Below, in pieces: positions 9,686 through 17,111 of a DNA stretch of 53,735 nt (position 1 is the stretch's first letter; every line of letters starts with the position of its first letter). The notes below the pieces were generated by a model, which saw only the letters and a list, made by a program, of their open reading frames with translations, was not told the DNA's origin and made no database searches. The stretch covers positions 1 to 53,735 of the forward strand of contig DASTHS010000199.1 in NCBI GenBank assembly GCA_035718085.1. The letters are read 5' to 3'. This DNA is from Acidimicrobiales bacterium. GTDB lineage: Bacteria > Actinomycetota > Acidimicrobiia > Acidimicrobiales > Palsa-688. The position numbers were made by a program, and so were the translations under genes.

Positions 9686-10147
9686 CTACGCGACCGGGGT
9701 CGCGGTGAGGTCGGGAGCCACCGGCACCGAGCCGCTGGCGCGCACCATGATGTCGGCGAGGGTGAACGACTCGAGGTAGGCGCGCATCGTCTCGCCCACG
9801 TCGGCCCACACGGCGAGGAGCACGCACTGGCCCTCGTGGTCGCAGGCGCCGTTGGTGTGCGGCTCGCCGAAGTCGCCCGCCTGGATCGGCCCCTCGACCG
9901 CCGAGACGATCTGGCTGAGGGTGATGGCCCCCGGCTCGCGCGCCAGCACGTAGCCGCCGCCGACCCCCCGCTTCGAGCGCACCAGCCCGGCCCCCTTCAA
10001 GGCGAGGAGGATCTGCTCGAGGTACGGCTGGGGCAGACCGGTGCGCTCGGCGATGTCGCGCACCGACGTCGGCTGGGTGGTGCCGCCGTGGAGCGCCAAC
10101 GACAGCAGCGCCCGGCTGGCGTAGTCGCCCCGGGTCGACACCTTCAC
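9686..10147 (-). CDS. Rrf2-family transcriptional regulator
   Basis: MKVSTRGDYASRALLSLA and a wHTH segment (VRDIAERTGLPQPYLEQILLALKGAGLVRSKRGVGGGY). There are only two Cys (C-x5-C). It ends 7 nt before the Pat-type gene start. Confidence 0.85.
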   Translation of the reverse strand: MKVSTRGDYASRALLSLALHGGTTQPTSVRDIAERTGLPQPYLEQILLALKGAGLVRSKRGVGGGYVLAREPGAITLSQIVSAVEGPIQAGDFGEPHTNGACDHEGQCVLLAVWADVGETMRAYLESFTLADIMVRASGSVPVAPDLTATPVA

Positions 10148-10155
10148 GACCGGCG

Positions 10156-10161
10156 ATGCTA
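10156..10161 (-). promoter_or_regulatory. Candidate -10 hexamer TAGCAT for the Rrf2-Pat operon
   Basis: TANNNT lies 8 nt upstream of the GTG start at 10147 (minus strand). No Shine-Dalgarno sequence is present. Confidence 0.35.
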
Positions 10162-10167
10162 CCGGCG

Positions 10168-10173
10168 TAGGGT
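10168..10173 (+). promoter_or_regulatory. Candidate -10 hexamer TAGGGT for a leaderless phosphatase-family/bpa transcript
   Basis: TAGGGT sits exactly at -12..-7 relative to the G of GTG 10180. No Shine-Dalgarno sequence is present. Confidence 0.4.
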
Positions 10174-10179
10174 CGTCGA

Positions 10180-11304
10180 GTGGCTGTTGACCCGGTCGTG
10201 CCGCGGTACACGGGGCGGTCGCTGGCCGGGTTGGTGCCGGCGCTGCGGGCGGACCCGGACGCCCGGCCCGGGTGGCTGCCGGGCGCCGCCCGTAGCGCGC
10301 CGCGCTGCGTGCTGCTGGTGCTCGACGGGCTTGGTCACGAGCAGTGGTGGCCCCGGCGGGCGATGACGCCGACGATGGCAGCCATGGCCGGGGTGCCGAT
10401 CGAGTCGGTGGCGCCGACCACGACGGCCACCGCGCTGACCTCCATCACCACCGGCGCGGCCCCCGCCGACCACGGCCTGGTCGGCTACCGGCTGGTCGTC
10501 GACGGGCCCGACGGCTCGCCGGAGGTCATGAACGCCCTGCGGTGGCGGACCGCCTCGGGCGACGCGCGCGCCTTCGTCGACCCGGTCGGGTTCGTCCGGC
10601 CGGAGCCCTTCGGCGGCGACCCGGTGCCCGTCGTGTCCCGACGCGACTTCGAGGGCAGCGGCTTCTCCACGGCGCACCTGCGGGGGACCCGGTCGGTGGG
10701 GTGGTCGCTGCCGTCGACCATCCCGGTGGCGGTGGCCCGGCTGGTCGACGAGGGCGAGGCGTTCGTGTACGCCTACTACGAAGGGGTCGACAAGATCGCC
10801 CACATCGCCGGCCTGGGCGACGAGTACGACGCGGAGCTGGTGTTCGCCGACCGGCTCGTCGCCGACCTGCTCGACGTGCTGCCCCCCGACGTCGCCCTGG
10901 TGGTGACGGCCGACCACGGGGAGGTGGAGGTGGGCGACCGCGTGGAGCCGATCGACGAGGCGGTGCTGGAGGAGGCGGCGCTGGTGTCGGGCGAGGCCCG
11001 TTTCCGCTGGTTCCACGCCCGCCCCGGCCGCGCCGCCGCCCTCGCCGCCCTGGTCGCCGAGCGCTACGGGCAGACGGCCTGGGTCCGCACCGTCGAGGAG
11101 GTGGAGGAAGGTCGCTGGTTCGGCGGCGCGCTCGACCCCGTCACCCGAGCCCGGCTCGGCGACGTGGCCCTGGCCGCCTGTGAGCCGGTCGCCTACCTGG
11201 AGCCCGCCGACGGCGACACCCGGCTGGTGTGCCGGCACGGCTCGCTCACCGCAGCCGAGGTGGTCGTGCCGCTGCTCGCCGCCCCCGGGCGGCGGGCACC
11301 GTGA
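10180..11304 (+). CDS. Alkaline-phosphatase-superfamily protein (nucleotide pyrophosphatase/phosphodiesterase-like)
   Basis: VLLVLDGLG, PTTTATALTSITTGAAPADHG (nucleophile Thr region), VTADHG and CRHGSLTAAEVVVPLL are typical of AlkP-core metal ligands. Confidence 0.7.
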   Translation: MAVDPVVPRYTGRSLAGLVPALRADPDARPGWLPGAARSAPRCVLLVLDGLGHEQWWPRRAMTPTMAAMAGVPIESVAPTTTATALTSITTGAAPADHGLVGYRLVVDGPDGSPEVMNALRWRTASGDARAFVDPVGFVRPEPFGGDPVPVVSRRDFEGSGFSTAHLRGTRSVGWSLPSTIPVAVARLVDEGEAFVYAYYEGVDKIAHIAGLGDEYDAELVFADRLVADLLDVLPPDVALVVTADHGEVEVGDRVEPIDEAVLEEAALVSGEARFRWFHARPGRAAALAALVAERYGQTAWVRTVEEVEEGRWFGGALDPVTRARLGDVALAACEPVAYLEPADGDTRLVCRHGSLTAAEVVVPLLAAPGRRAP

Positions 11305-11332
11305 GACGGCCGTGGCGGGGAAGGATGGGAGC

Positions 11333-11809
11333 ATGTCGAGCGACGCCCCCGCCCCCTCCGACCTGGTGATCGTCAGCGCCCCTGGTGCCCCCGACGCTGC
11401 CCCCGACGGTGACGAGAGGGAGACCGTGGCCCAGCCGGCCAAGGTCATGCGGGTCGGCTCGATGATCAAGCAGCTGCTCGACGAAGTGCGCCAGGCGCCG
11501 CTCGACGAGGCGTCCCGGGCCCGCCTGCGCGAGATCTACGAGACGTCGGTGCACGAGCTGGCCGACGGGCTGTCGCCCGACCTGCGCGACGAGCTCGGCC
11601 GGCTGACCTCGCCCTTCTCACCCGACGCCGTGCCGAGCGAGGGCGAGCTGCGCGTCGCCCAGGCCCAGCTGGTCGGCTGGCTCGAAGGGCTGTTCCACGG
11701 CATCCAGGCCACCCTCTTCGCCCAGCAGGTGGCCGCCCGCAGCCAACTCGAGGAGATGCGCCGGCGCAGCCTCCCCCCGGGCGACGAGCGCCCCGGCCAG
11801 TACCTCTAG
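11333..11809 (+). CDS. bpa: Bacterial proteasome activator (Bpa/PafE)
   Basis: QPAKVMRVGSMIKQLLDEVRQAPLDEASRARLREIYETS and AQAQLVGWLEGLFHGIQATLFAQQ closely follow the Rv3780 sequence as I recall it. The protein ends in GQYL, the 20S-binding motif. Confidence 0.9.
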   Translation: MSSDAPAPSDLVIVSAPGAPDAAPDGDERETVAQPAKVMRVGSMIKQLLDEVRQAPLDEASRARLREIYETSVHELADGLSPDLRDELGRLTSPFSPDAVPSEGELRVAQAQLVGWLEGLFHGIQATLFAQQVAARSQLEEMRRRSLPPGDERPGQYL

Positions 11810-11891
11810 GGCTGCCCCGCCGAGGGGGCGGCCGCCCGCCCGGGGTGACGCGACGCGCGGTAGCCTCGGCGCCCGGAACCACATCGGTGTA

Positions 11892-11919
11892 GTTCGTCCA
11901 CAGGGTGCTGTGGACGAAC
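11892..11919. promoter_or_regulatory. Perfect 12-bp inverted repeat upstream of dnaE (candidate operator or 5'-UTR hairpin)
   Basis: GTTCGTCCACAG-GGTG-CTGTGGACGAAC lies 50 nt upstream of the dnaE TTG start, in a locally less GC-rich stretch. Confidence 0.4.
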
Positions 11920-11968
11920 GCCAGGCACCCGGCCGGTCGCACACCCACGAGCCAGGAGGCTGGTCCCC

Positions 11969-14900
11969 TTGGGGGCGTCGTTCACCCACCTGCACACCCA
12001 CACCGAGTACTCGATGCTCGACGGTGCCGCCCGGGTGGGCGACGTGATCGCCCGGGCGGCGGCCGACGGCCAGCCGGCGGTGGGCATCACCGATCACGGG
12101 AACATGTACGGGGTGCTCGACTTCTACAAGGCGGCACGCGAACGGGGCGTCAAGCCGATCATCGGCACGGAGGCCTACATGGCCGGCGAGAGCCGCCACG
12201 AACGCCCGTCGCGGCGTGGCAGGGTCGACGACACCGGCGGCGAGGTCGACGGCGGGCAGAAGCTCTACTACCACCTGACCCTGCTGGCCGAGACCGACGC
12301 CGGCTACAAGAACCTCATCAAGCTCTCGAGCGAGGCCTACCTCGAGGGCTACTTCTACAAGCCCCGGGTCGACTGGGACATGCTCGCCGACCACCACGAG
12401 GGCGTCATCGCCACCACCGGCTGCCTCGGCGGGGTGGTGCTCCAAGCGCTGCTCCAGGGCGACCAGGAGCGGGCCACGACCCTCGCCGCCCGCCTGCAGG
12501 ACATCTTCGGGCGCGACTCGCTCTTCGTCGAGCTGCAGGACCACGGCCTCGAGGCGCAGAAGAAGACCAACCCGCAGCTGATCGAGCTGGCCCGCCGCAT
12601 CAAGGCACCGCTGCTCGCGACCAACGACAGCCACTACACCCACCGCGAGGACGCCGTGGCCCACGACGCCCTGCTCTGCGTGCAGACCGGCTCGGCGATG
12701 GACGACCCGAAGCGGTTCAAGTTCGAGGGCGACGAGCACTACCTGAAGACGGCCGCAGAGATGCGCCAGCTGTTCCGCGGCTGGGAGGAGGCGTGCGACA
12801 ACACCCTGTGGATCGCCGAGCGGGCCGACGTCACCATCGAGTTCGGCAAGCCGAAGCTGCCGAGCTTCCCGAGGCCCGAGGGCTTCGCCGACGCCGACAG
12901 CTACCTGCGCCACCTGGCCTACGAGGGTGCCCGTGGCCGGTACGGGGCCCAGCTGGCCGCCGACGTGGTCGAGCGCCTCGACTACGAGCTCGGCGTCATC
13001 TCCGACATGGGCTTCTCCGACTACTTCCTCGTGGTCTGGGACCTCATCCGCCACGCCAAGGAGTCGGGCATCCGCGTTGGCCCCGGGCGGGGGAGCGCGG
13101 CGGGCTGCTGCGTGGCCTACTGCCTGGGCATCGTCGACCTCGACCCGATCCGCTACGGCCTGTTCTTCGAGCGGTTCTTGAACCCGGGCCGCAAGTCGAT
13201 GCCCGACATCGACATGGACTTCGACGAGCGGTACCGCTCGGAGATGATCCGCTACGCCGCCGAGCGGTGGGGCTGGGACCACGTCGCCCAGATCGTCACC
13301 TTCTCGACGATCAAGGCGCGGGCGGCCGTCCGGGACGCCGCCCGGGTGCTGGGCTACCCCTACAGCGTCGGTGACCGCATCGCCAAGGCCATGCCGCCGC
13401 TGGTCATGGGGCGCGACACCCCGCTGTGGGCGTGCTTCGAGGAGCACCCCAAGCACGCCGACGGCTTCAAGGTCGCCGCCGAGCTGCGGGACATGTACGG
13501 CGCCGACCCCGACGTGGCCAAGGTCGTCGACGTGGCCAAGGGCCTCGAGGGCCTGCGTCGCCAGGACGGCATCCACGCCGCGGCCGTGGTGATCTCCGCC
13601 GACCCGCTGACCGAGTACCTCCCCATCCAGCGCAAGCCCGAGGCGGGGGGGCGCCCCGAAGACGCGCCGATCGTCACCCAGTACGAGATGCACGGGGTCG
13701 AGGAGCTCGGCCTGCTCAAGATGGACTTCCTCGGGCTGCGGAACCTCTCGGTGATCGAGCGTGCCCTCGACCTCATCGAGGCCAACACCGGCACCCGCCC
13801 CGACATCGACGGCGTGCCCCTCGACGACGAGCCCACCTACGAGCTGCTGCGGCGCGGCGATTCGATCGGGGTGTTCCAGCTGGAGGGCACCAACATGCGG
13901 GCGCTGATGCGGGCCCTGGCCCCGACCACCTTCGACGACGTGGCTGCCCTCATCGCCCTGTACCGGCCCGGCCCGATGGCGGCCAACATGCACTACGACT
14001 ACGCCGACCGCAAGAACGGCCGCAAGCCGGTCGAGCACCTCCACCCCGACGCCGCCGACGTGCTCGGCGACACCTACGGCCTGTGCATCTACCAGGAGTC
14101 GATGATGCGGGTGGCGCAGAAGTTCGCCGGCTACTCGCTCACCGAGGCCGACAACCTGCGCAAGGCGGCGGGCAAGAAGGTGCGCGAGGTGATGGCGAAG
14201 GAGCGCCAGAAGTTCATCGACGGCTGCGAGCGCACCGGCTACGGCCGCGAGCTCGGCGAGCGGTGGATGGACATCATCGAGCCGTTCGCCGACTACGCGT
14301 TCAACAAGAGCCACGCCTTCGGCTACGGGTTCGTCAGCTACCAGACGGCCTGGCTGAAGGCCCACCACCCCGCCGAGTACCTCGCCGCCCTCCTCACCTC
14401 CGTCAAAGACGACAAGGACAAGACGGCCGTCTACCTCGCCGAGTGCCGGGCCATGGGCATCGAGGTGCAGGTGCCCGACATCAACAGCTCGGTCTCCGAC
14501 TTCGCCGCCGTGCCGGGGGCCGGGGCCGCCGGCAGGGGTGCCATCCCCTTCGGCCTGTCGGCCATCCGCAACGTCGGCACCGGCCTCGTCGAGCGCATCG
14601 TGGCCGAGCGCGACGCCAACGGCCCCTTCGCCGACTTCTACGACTTCTGCGCCCGCGTCGACCCCCAGGTCCTCAACAAGCGCACCGTCGAGTCGCTGAT
14701 CAAGGCCGGCGCCTTCGACGGCGTGGGCCATCCCCGCCAGGGGCTGTGCCTGGTGTTCGAGGCGATCGTCGACCGCACCCTGGCCCGCCGGCGCGAGCGC
14801 GACCAGGGCGTGATGAGCCTCTTCGGGGGCGACGAGGGGTCGGCGGCGGTCTTCGACGACGCCAGGGTCGACATCCCCGACAAGGAGTTCGACAAGGCGG

Positions 14901-15556
14901 CCCGGCTGGCGTTCGAGAAGGAGATGCTGGGGCTCTACGTGAGCGACCACCCGCTCATGGGCGTCGAGGCCGCGCTCGGCCGCCACACCGACACCACGAT
15001 CGCCGAGCTGCGCGAGGGCGCACCCTCTGGCGGGGTCGAGGGCGGCTTCGGTGGCGGCCCGGCGCTGCGCTGGGTCGGCGGCGTCATCACCGGCCTGGTG
15101 CGCAAGTACACCAAGAAGGGCGACCTGATGGCCACCTTCGTGCTCGAGGACCTGCAGAGCTCGATCGAGGTGTGGGTGTTCCCCCGCACCATGCTCGACG
15201 TCGGCCACCTGCTCGCCGACGACGCCGTGGTGTGCGTCAAGGGCCGCATCGATGCCCGGGACGACCAGCCGAAGCTGATCTGCATGGAGCTCAAGCGGCC
15301 GGAGCTGACCCTCGACGCCGCCGACCCGCTCCACGTCGACGTGCCGGTGCACGCCTGCTCCGACGAGCGCGTCGCCCAACTGAAGCGGCTGCTCACCGAG
15401 CACCCGGGCCCGTCCCCGGTCTACCTGCACGTCGGCTCGAAGGTGATCCGCCTGTCGGCGGCGTTCGCCGTGACCGCCTCGACGGGCCTGCTCGCCGAGC
15501 TGCGGGTGCTGCTCGGGCCGGGATGCCTTTGGAGCGACGGCGGCGCCGTCGCCTAA
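11969..15556 (+). CDS. dnaE: DNA polymerase III alpha subunit
   Basis: 1195 aa. PHP-domain start FTHLHTHTEYSMLDGAA. Polymerase core and OB fold are recognisable. AGGAGG precedes the TTG start. Confidence 0.97.
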   Translation: MGASFTHLHTHTEYSMLDGAARVGDVIARAAADGQPAVGITDHGNMYGVLDFYKAARERGVKPIIGTEAYMAGESRHERPSRRGRVDDTGGEVDGGQKLYYHLTLLAETDAGYKNLIKLSSEAYLEGYFYKPRVDWDMLADHHEGVIATTGCLGGVVLQALLQGDQERATTLAARLQDIFGRDSLFVELQDHGLEAQKKTNPQLIELARRIKAPLLATNDSHYTHREDAVAHDALLCVQTGSAMDDPKRFKFEGDEHYLKTAAEMRQLFRGWEEACDNTLWIAERADVTIEFGKPKLPSFPRPEGFADADSYLRHLAYEGARGRYGAQLAADVVERLDYELGVISDMGFSDYFLVVWDLIRHAKESGIRVGPGRGSAAGCCVAYCLGIVDLDPIRYGLFFERFLNPGRKSMPDIDMDFDERYRSEMIRYAAERWGWDHVAQIVTFSTIKARAAVRDAARVLGYPYSVGDRIAKAMPPLVMGRDTPLWACFEEHPKHADGFKVAAELRDMYGADPDVAKVVDVAKGLEGLRRQDGIHAAAVVISADPLTEYLPIQRKPEAGGRPEDAPIVTQYEMHGVEELGLLKMDFLGLRNLSVIERALDLIEANTGTRPDIDGVPLDDEPTYELLRRGDSIGVFQLEGTNMRALMRALAPTTFDDVAALIALYRPGPMAANMHYDYADRKNGRKPVEHLHPDAADVLGDTYGLCIYQESMMRVAQKFAGYSLTEADNLRKAAGKKVREVMAKERQKFIDGCERTGYGRELGERWMDIIEPFADYAFNKSHAFGYGFVSYQTAWLKAHHPAEYLAALLTSVKDDKDKTAVYLAECRAMGIEVQVPDINSSVSDFAAVPGAGAAGRGAIPFGLSAIRNVGTGLVERIVAERDANGPFADFYDFCARVDPQVLNKRTVESLIKAGAFDGVGHPRQGLCLVFEAIVDRTLARRRERDQGVMSLFGGDEGSAAVFDDARVDIPDKEFDKAARLAFEKEMLGLYVSDHPLMGVEAALGRHTDTTIAELREGAPSGGVEGGFGGGPALRWVGGVITGLVRKYTKKGDLMATFVLEDLQSSIEVWVFPRTMLDVGHLLADDAVVCVKGRIDARDDQPKLICMELKRPELTLDAADPLHVDVPVHACSDERVAQLKRLLTEHPGPSPVYLHVGSKVIRLSAAFAVTASTGLLAELRVLLGPGCLWSDGGAVA

Positions 15557-15563
15557 ACTGGCA

Positions 15564-15576
15564 GGTCAGCCTGACC
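15564..15576. promoter_or_regulatory. 13-bp palindrome GGTCAG-C-CTGACC between dnaE and the next gene
   Basis: Seen directly. It lies 8 nt after the dnaE stop and 21 nt before ATG 15598, just upstream of an AGGAGAG ribosome-binding site. Confidence 0.25.
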
Positions 15577-15597
15577 GTTAGGAGAGTTGCCGCGCAC

Positions 15598-16269
15598 ATG
15601 ACGCTCGAGGTCGACACCAAGGATTGCACCGCTCTGTCGGACACCGAGCTGGGGGAGATGGCCGACATCGTCACCGACGGCCCCGCCGGGTTCGACATCG
15701 GCCTTCTGTCCAAGCAAGCAGAGGCGTGGGTGCTCATCACCCAGGCCCGCGACGCCGGCAAGCTCGCCGGCTTCTCGTTCTGCACGCTCGAACGCATCGG
15801 CGGCACGCCGTGCCTGCTCTGGGGCCTGGCCTCGGTCAAGCGCACCGCCAAGCGTGACAGCGTGCTCAAGGCCGTCGCCGCCGACCAGTTCCGCCGGGCG
15901 GTGCTGGCGTTCCCCGACGAAGACGTCCTCGTCGGCACCCGGTTCATCGACCCCGGCGCCTTCGCCGCGTTCGCCGGCCTGGAAGACGTGTGCCCCCGCC
16001 CCGGCCACAAGCCGACCGGCGAGGAGCGCGCCTGGAGCCGCCGGCTGGCGAAGCGCTTCGGTGCCGAGGGTCGCATCGACGACCGGTCGTTCGTGGTCAC
16101 CGGCGACGGGTCGGCCGCCGGGGTGTTCGACTTTTCCGCCGCCAAGCCCGAGAAGGTCGACGCCGAGGTCGCCGCCCTCTTCGCCCCCCTCGACCACGAC
16201 CGCCACGACGTGCTCATCGCCTTCGGCTGGGGCATGGCCGAAGACCTCGCCGGCCGCTACGGCTCGTAG
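15598..16269 (+). CDS. Hypothetical protein (223 aa), probably co-transcribed with dnaE
   Basis: ATG is preceded by AGGAGAG. The composition looks like a real protein and third codon positions are GC-rich. It is the 3' part of an artefactual 947-aa ORF. I recognise no family; a GNAT-like fold is only a guess. Confidence 0.65.
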   Translation: MTLEVDTKDCTALSDTELGEMADIVTDGPAGFDIGLLSKQAEAWVLITQARDAGKLAGFSFCTLERIGGTPCLLWGLASVKRTAKRDSVLKAVAADQFRRAVLAFPDEDVLVGTRFIDPGAFAAFAGLEDVCPRPGHKPTGEERAWSRRLAKRFGAEGRIDDRSFVVTGDGSAAGVFDFSAAKPEKVDAEVAALFAPLDHDRHDVLIAFGWGMAEDLAGRYGS

Positions 16270-16295
16270 CGCCGCCCACCTCGTCGCAGTGCGGT

Positions 16296-16317
16296 GCCCG
16301 GGCCTGGCGGCCCGGGC
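16296..16317. terminator. Stem-loop between convergent genes
   Basis: GCCCGGGCC-TGGC-GGCCCGGGC is a 9-bp perfect stem. There is no U-tract. Confidence 0.4.
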
Positions 16318-16354
16318 CGGCGCGATCGGCGCCACGTCCGCGCTGGGGCCCCGG

Positions 16355-17023
16355 TCAGGGGTGGGGCAGCACCGCCTCGACGACCTTGTGGCAGTGCCCG
16401 TCGATCGGCGGGGTGAGGGCCACCACGAGGCGGACGCCCTTCGGGGCGGTGGCCCGCGTGATGCCGGCGCGGTCCATCGCCGCGGCACGGGCGCGGTCGA
16501 GGCAGGCCAGCTCGCGCTGGGCGCCCTGCCACCAGAACCGGCACGCCAGGTAGGACCCCTCACGGCGCAGCTGCACCGGCCCCCGGGTCTCGACCACCGC
16601 GATCGACGGGCTGTCGGGGCGGCGTTCCCAGAAGGGCACGGCCGGCCCGTGCAGGCCGAGCAGCGGCGTGTCGCCGGGGTGCAGCAGGGGCCGGAGCAGC
16701 CGCTCGACCTGCCGGCCGCGCAGGTGGCCGACCGGCTCGGGGGCCGAGGCGCACACCACGCCCTCGGGCTGGCAGGGGTCGGGCAGGGCGTCGGCGTCGC
16801 CGCCGACGGTCACCTCGACGAGGTCGTAGGGGGCCAGGCGGGGGGGCGGTGCGGCCGACCAGGCCCGCACCAGGGCCCCCGAGGCCGTCTCGACCCCGGC
16901 GCACTGGCCCCCGTCGGCGGCCAGCACCAGCAGGCGCAGCGTGACCCCGGGCAGGGCCTCGAGCCGGGGCACGTCGGCGAGGACCCGGAAGTCGGGGGCG
17001 GTGGTGGCGGTCACGGTGCTCAT
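16355..17023 (-). CDS. Hypothetical protein (222 aa, 6 Cys)
   Basis: This is the C-terminal part of a 532-aa ORF. ATG 17023 is the first plausible start after the upstream gene. Composition is non-Arg/Pro-biased. No motif recognised. Confidence 0.6.
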   Translation of the reverse strand: MSTVTATTAPDFRVLADVPRLEALPGVTLRLLVLAADGGQCAGVETASGALVRAWSAAPPPRLAPYDLVEVTVGGDADALPDPCQPEGVVCASAPEPVGHLRGRQVERLLRPLLHPGDTPLLGLHGPAVPFWERRPDSPSIAVVETRGPVQLRREGSYLACRFWWQGAQRELACLDRARAAAMDRAGITRATAPKGVRLVVALTPPIDGHCHKVVEAVLPHP

Positions 17024-17111
17024 CGTGGCGGCTGGCCCGGCCGGAGGGGTGGATCCCCGCCTCCTGGGCGCCAGGGATCGTAGCCGCCCGCGACCCACGG
17101 GCCCCCGGCGC

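Noticed and set aside
10180-11304. Possible PglZ-domain protein marking a BREX-like defence system.
   Set aside because: The AlkP-core motifs fit PglZ and ordinary phosphodiesterases equally well. The protein is short (374 aa), and no methyltransferase, PglX, BrxC-type ATPase or Lon-like partner is nearby. The neighbours are housekeeping genes.
11892-11919. Reading the dnaE-upstream palindrome as a LexA SOS box, a PafBC/RecA-NDp promoter or an NrdR box.
   Set aside because: The actinobacterial LexA box is GAAC-N4-GTTC, whereas here the arms are GTTCG...CGAAC, 18 nt apart. The nearby CATCGGTG only partly resembles TGTCGGTG and is not followed by TANNNT at the right spacing. The CACA...TGTG core resembles an NrdR box, but the centre is not AT-rich and only one copy is present. 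The element is left unassigned.
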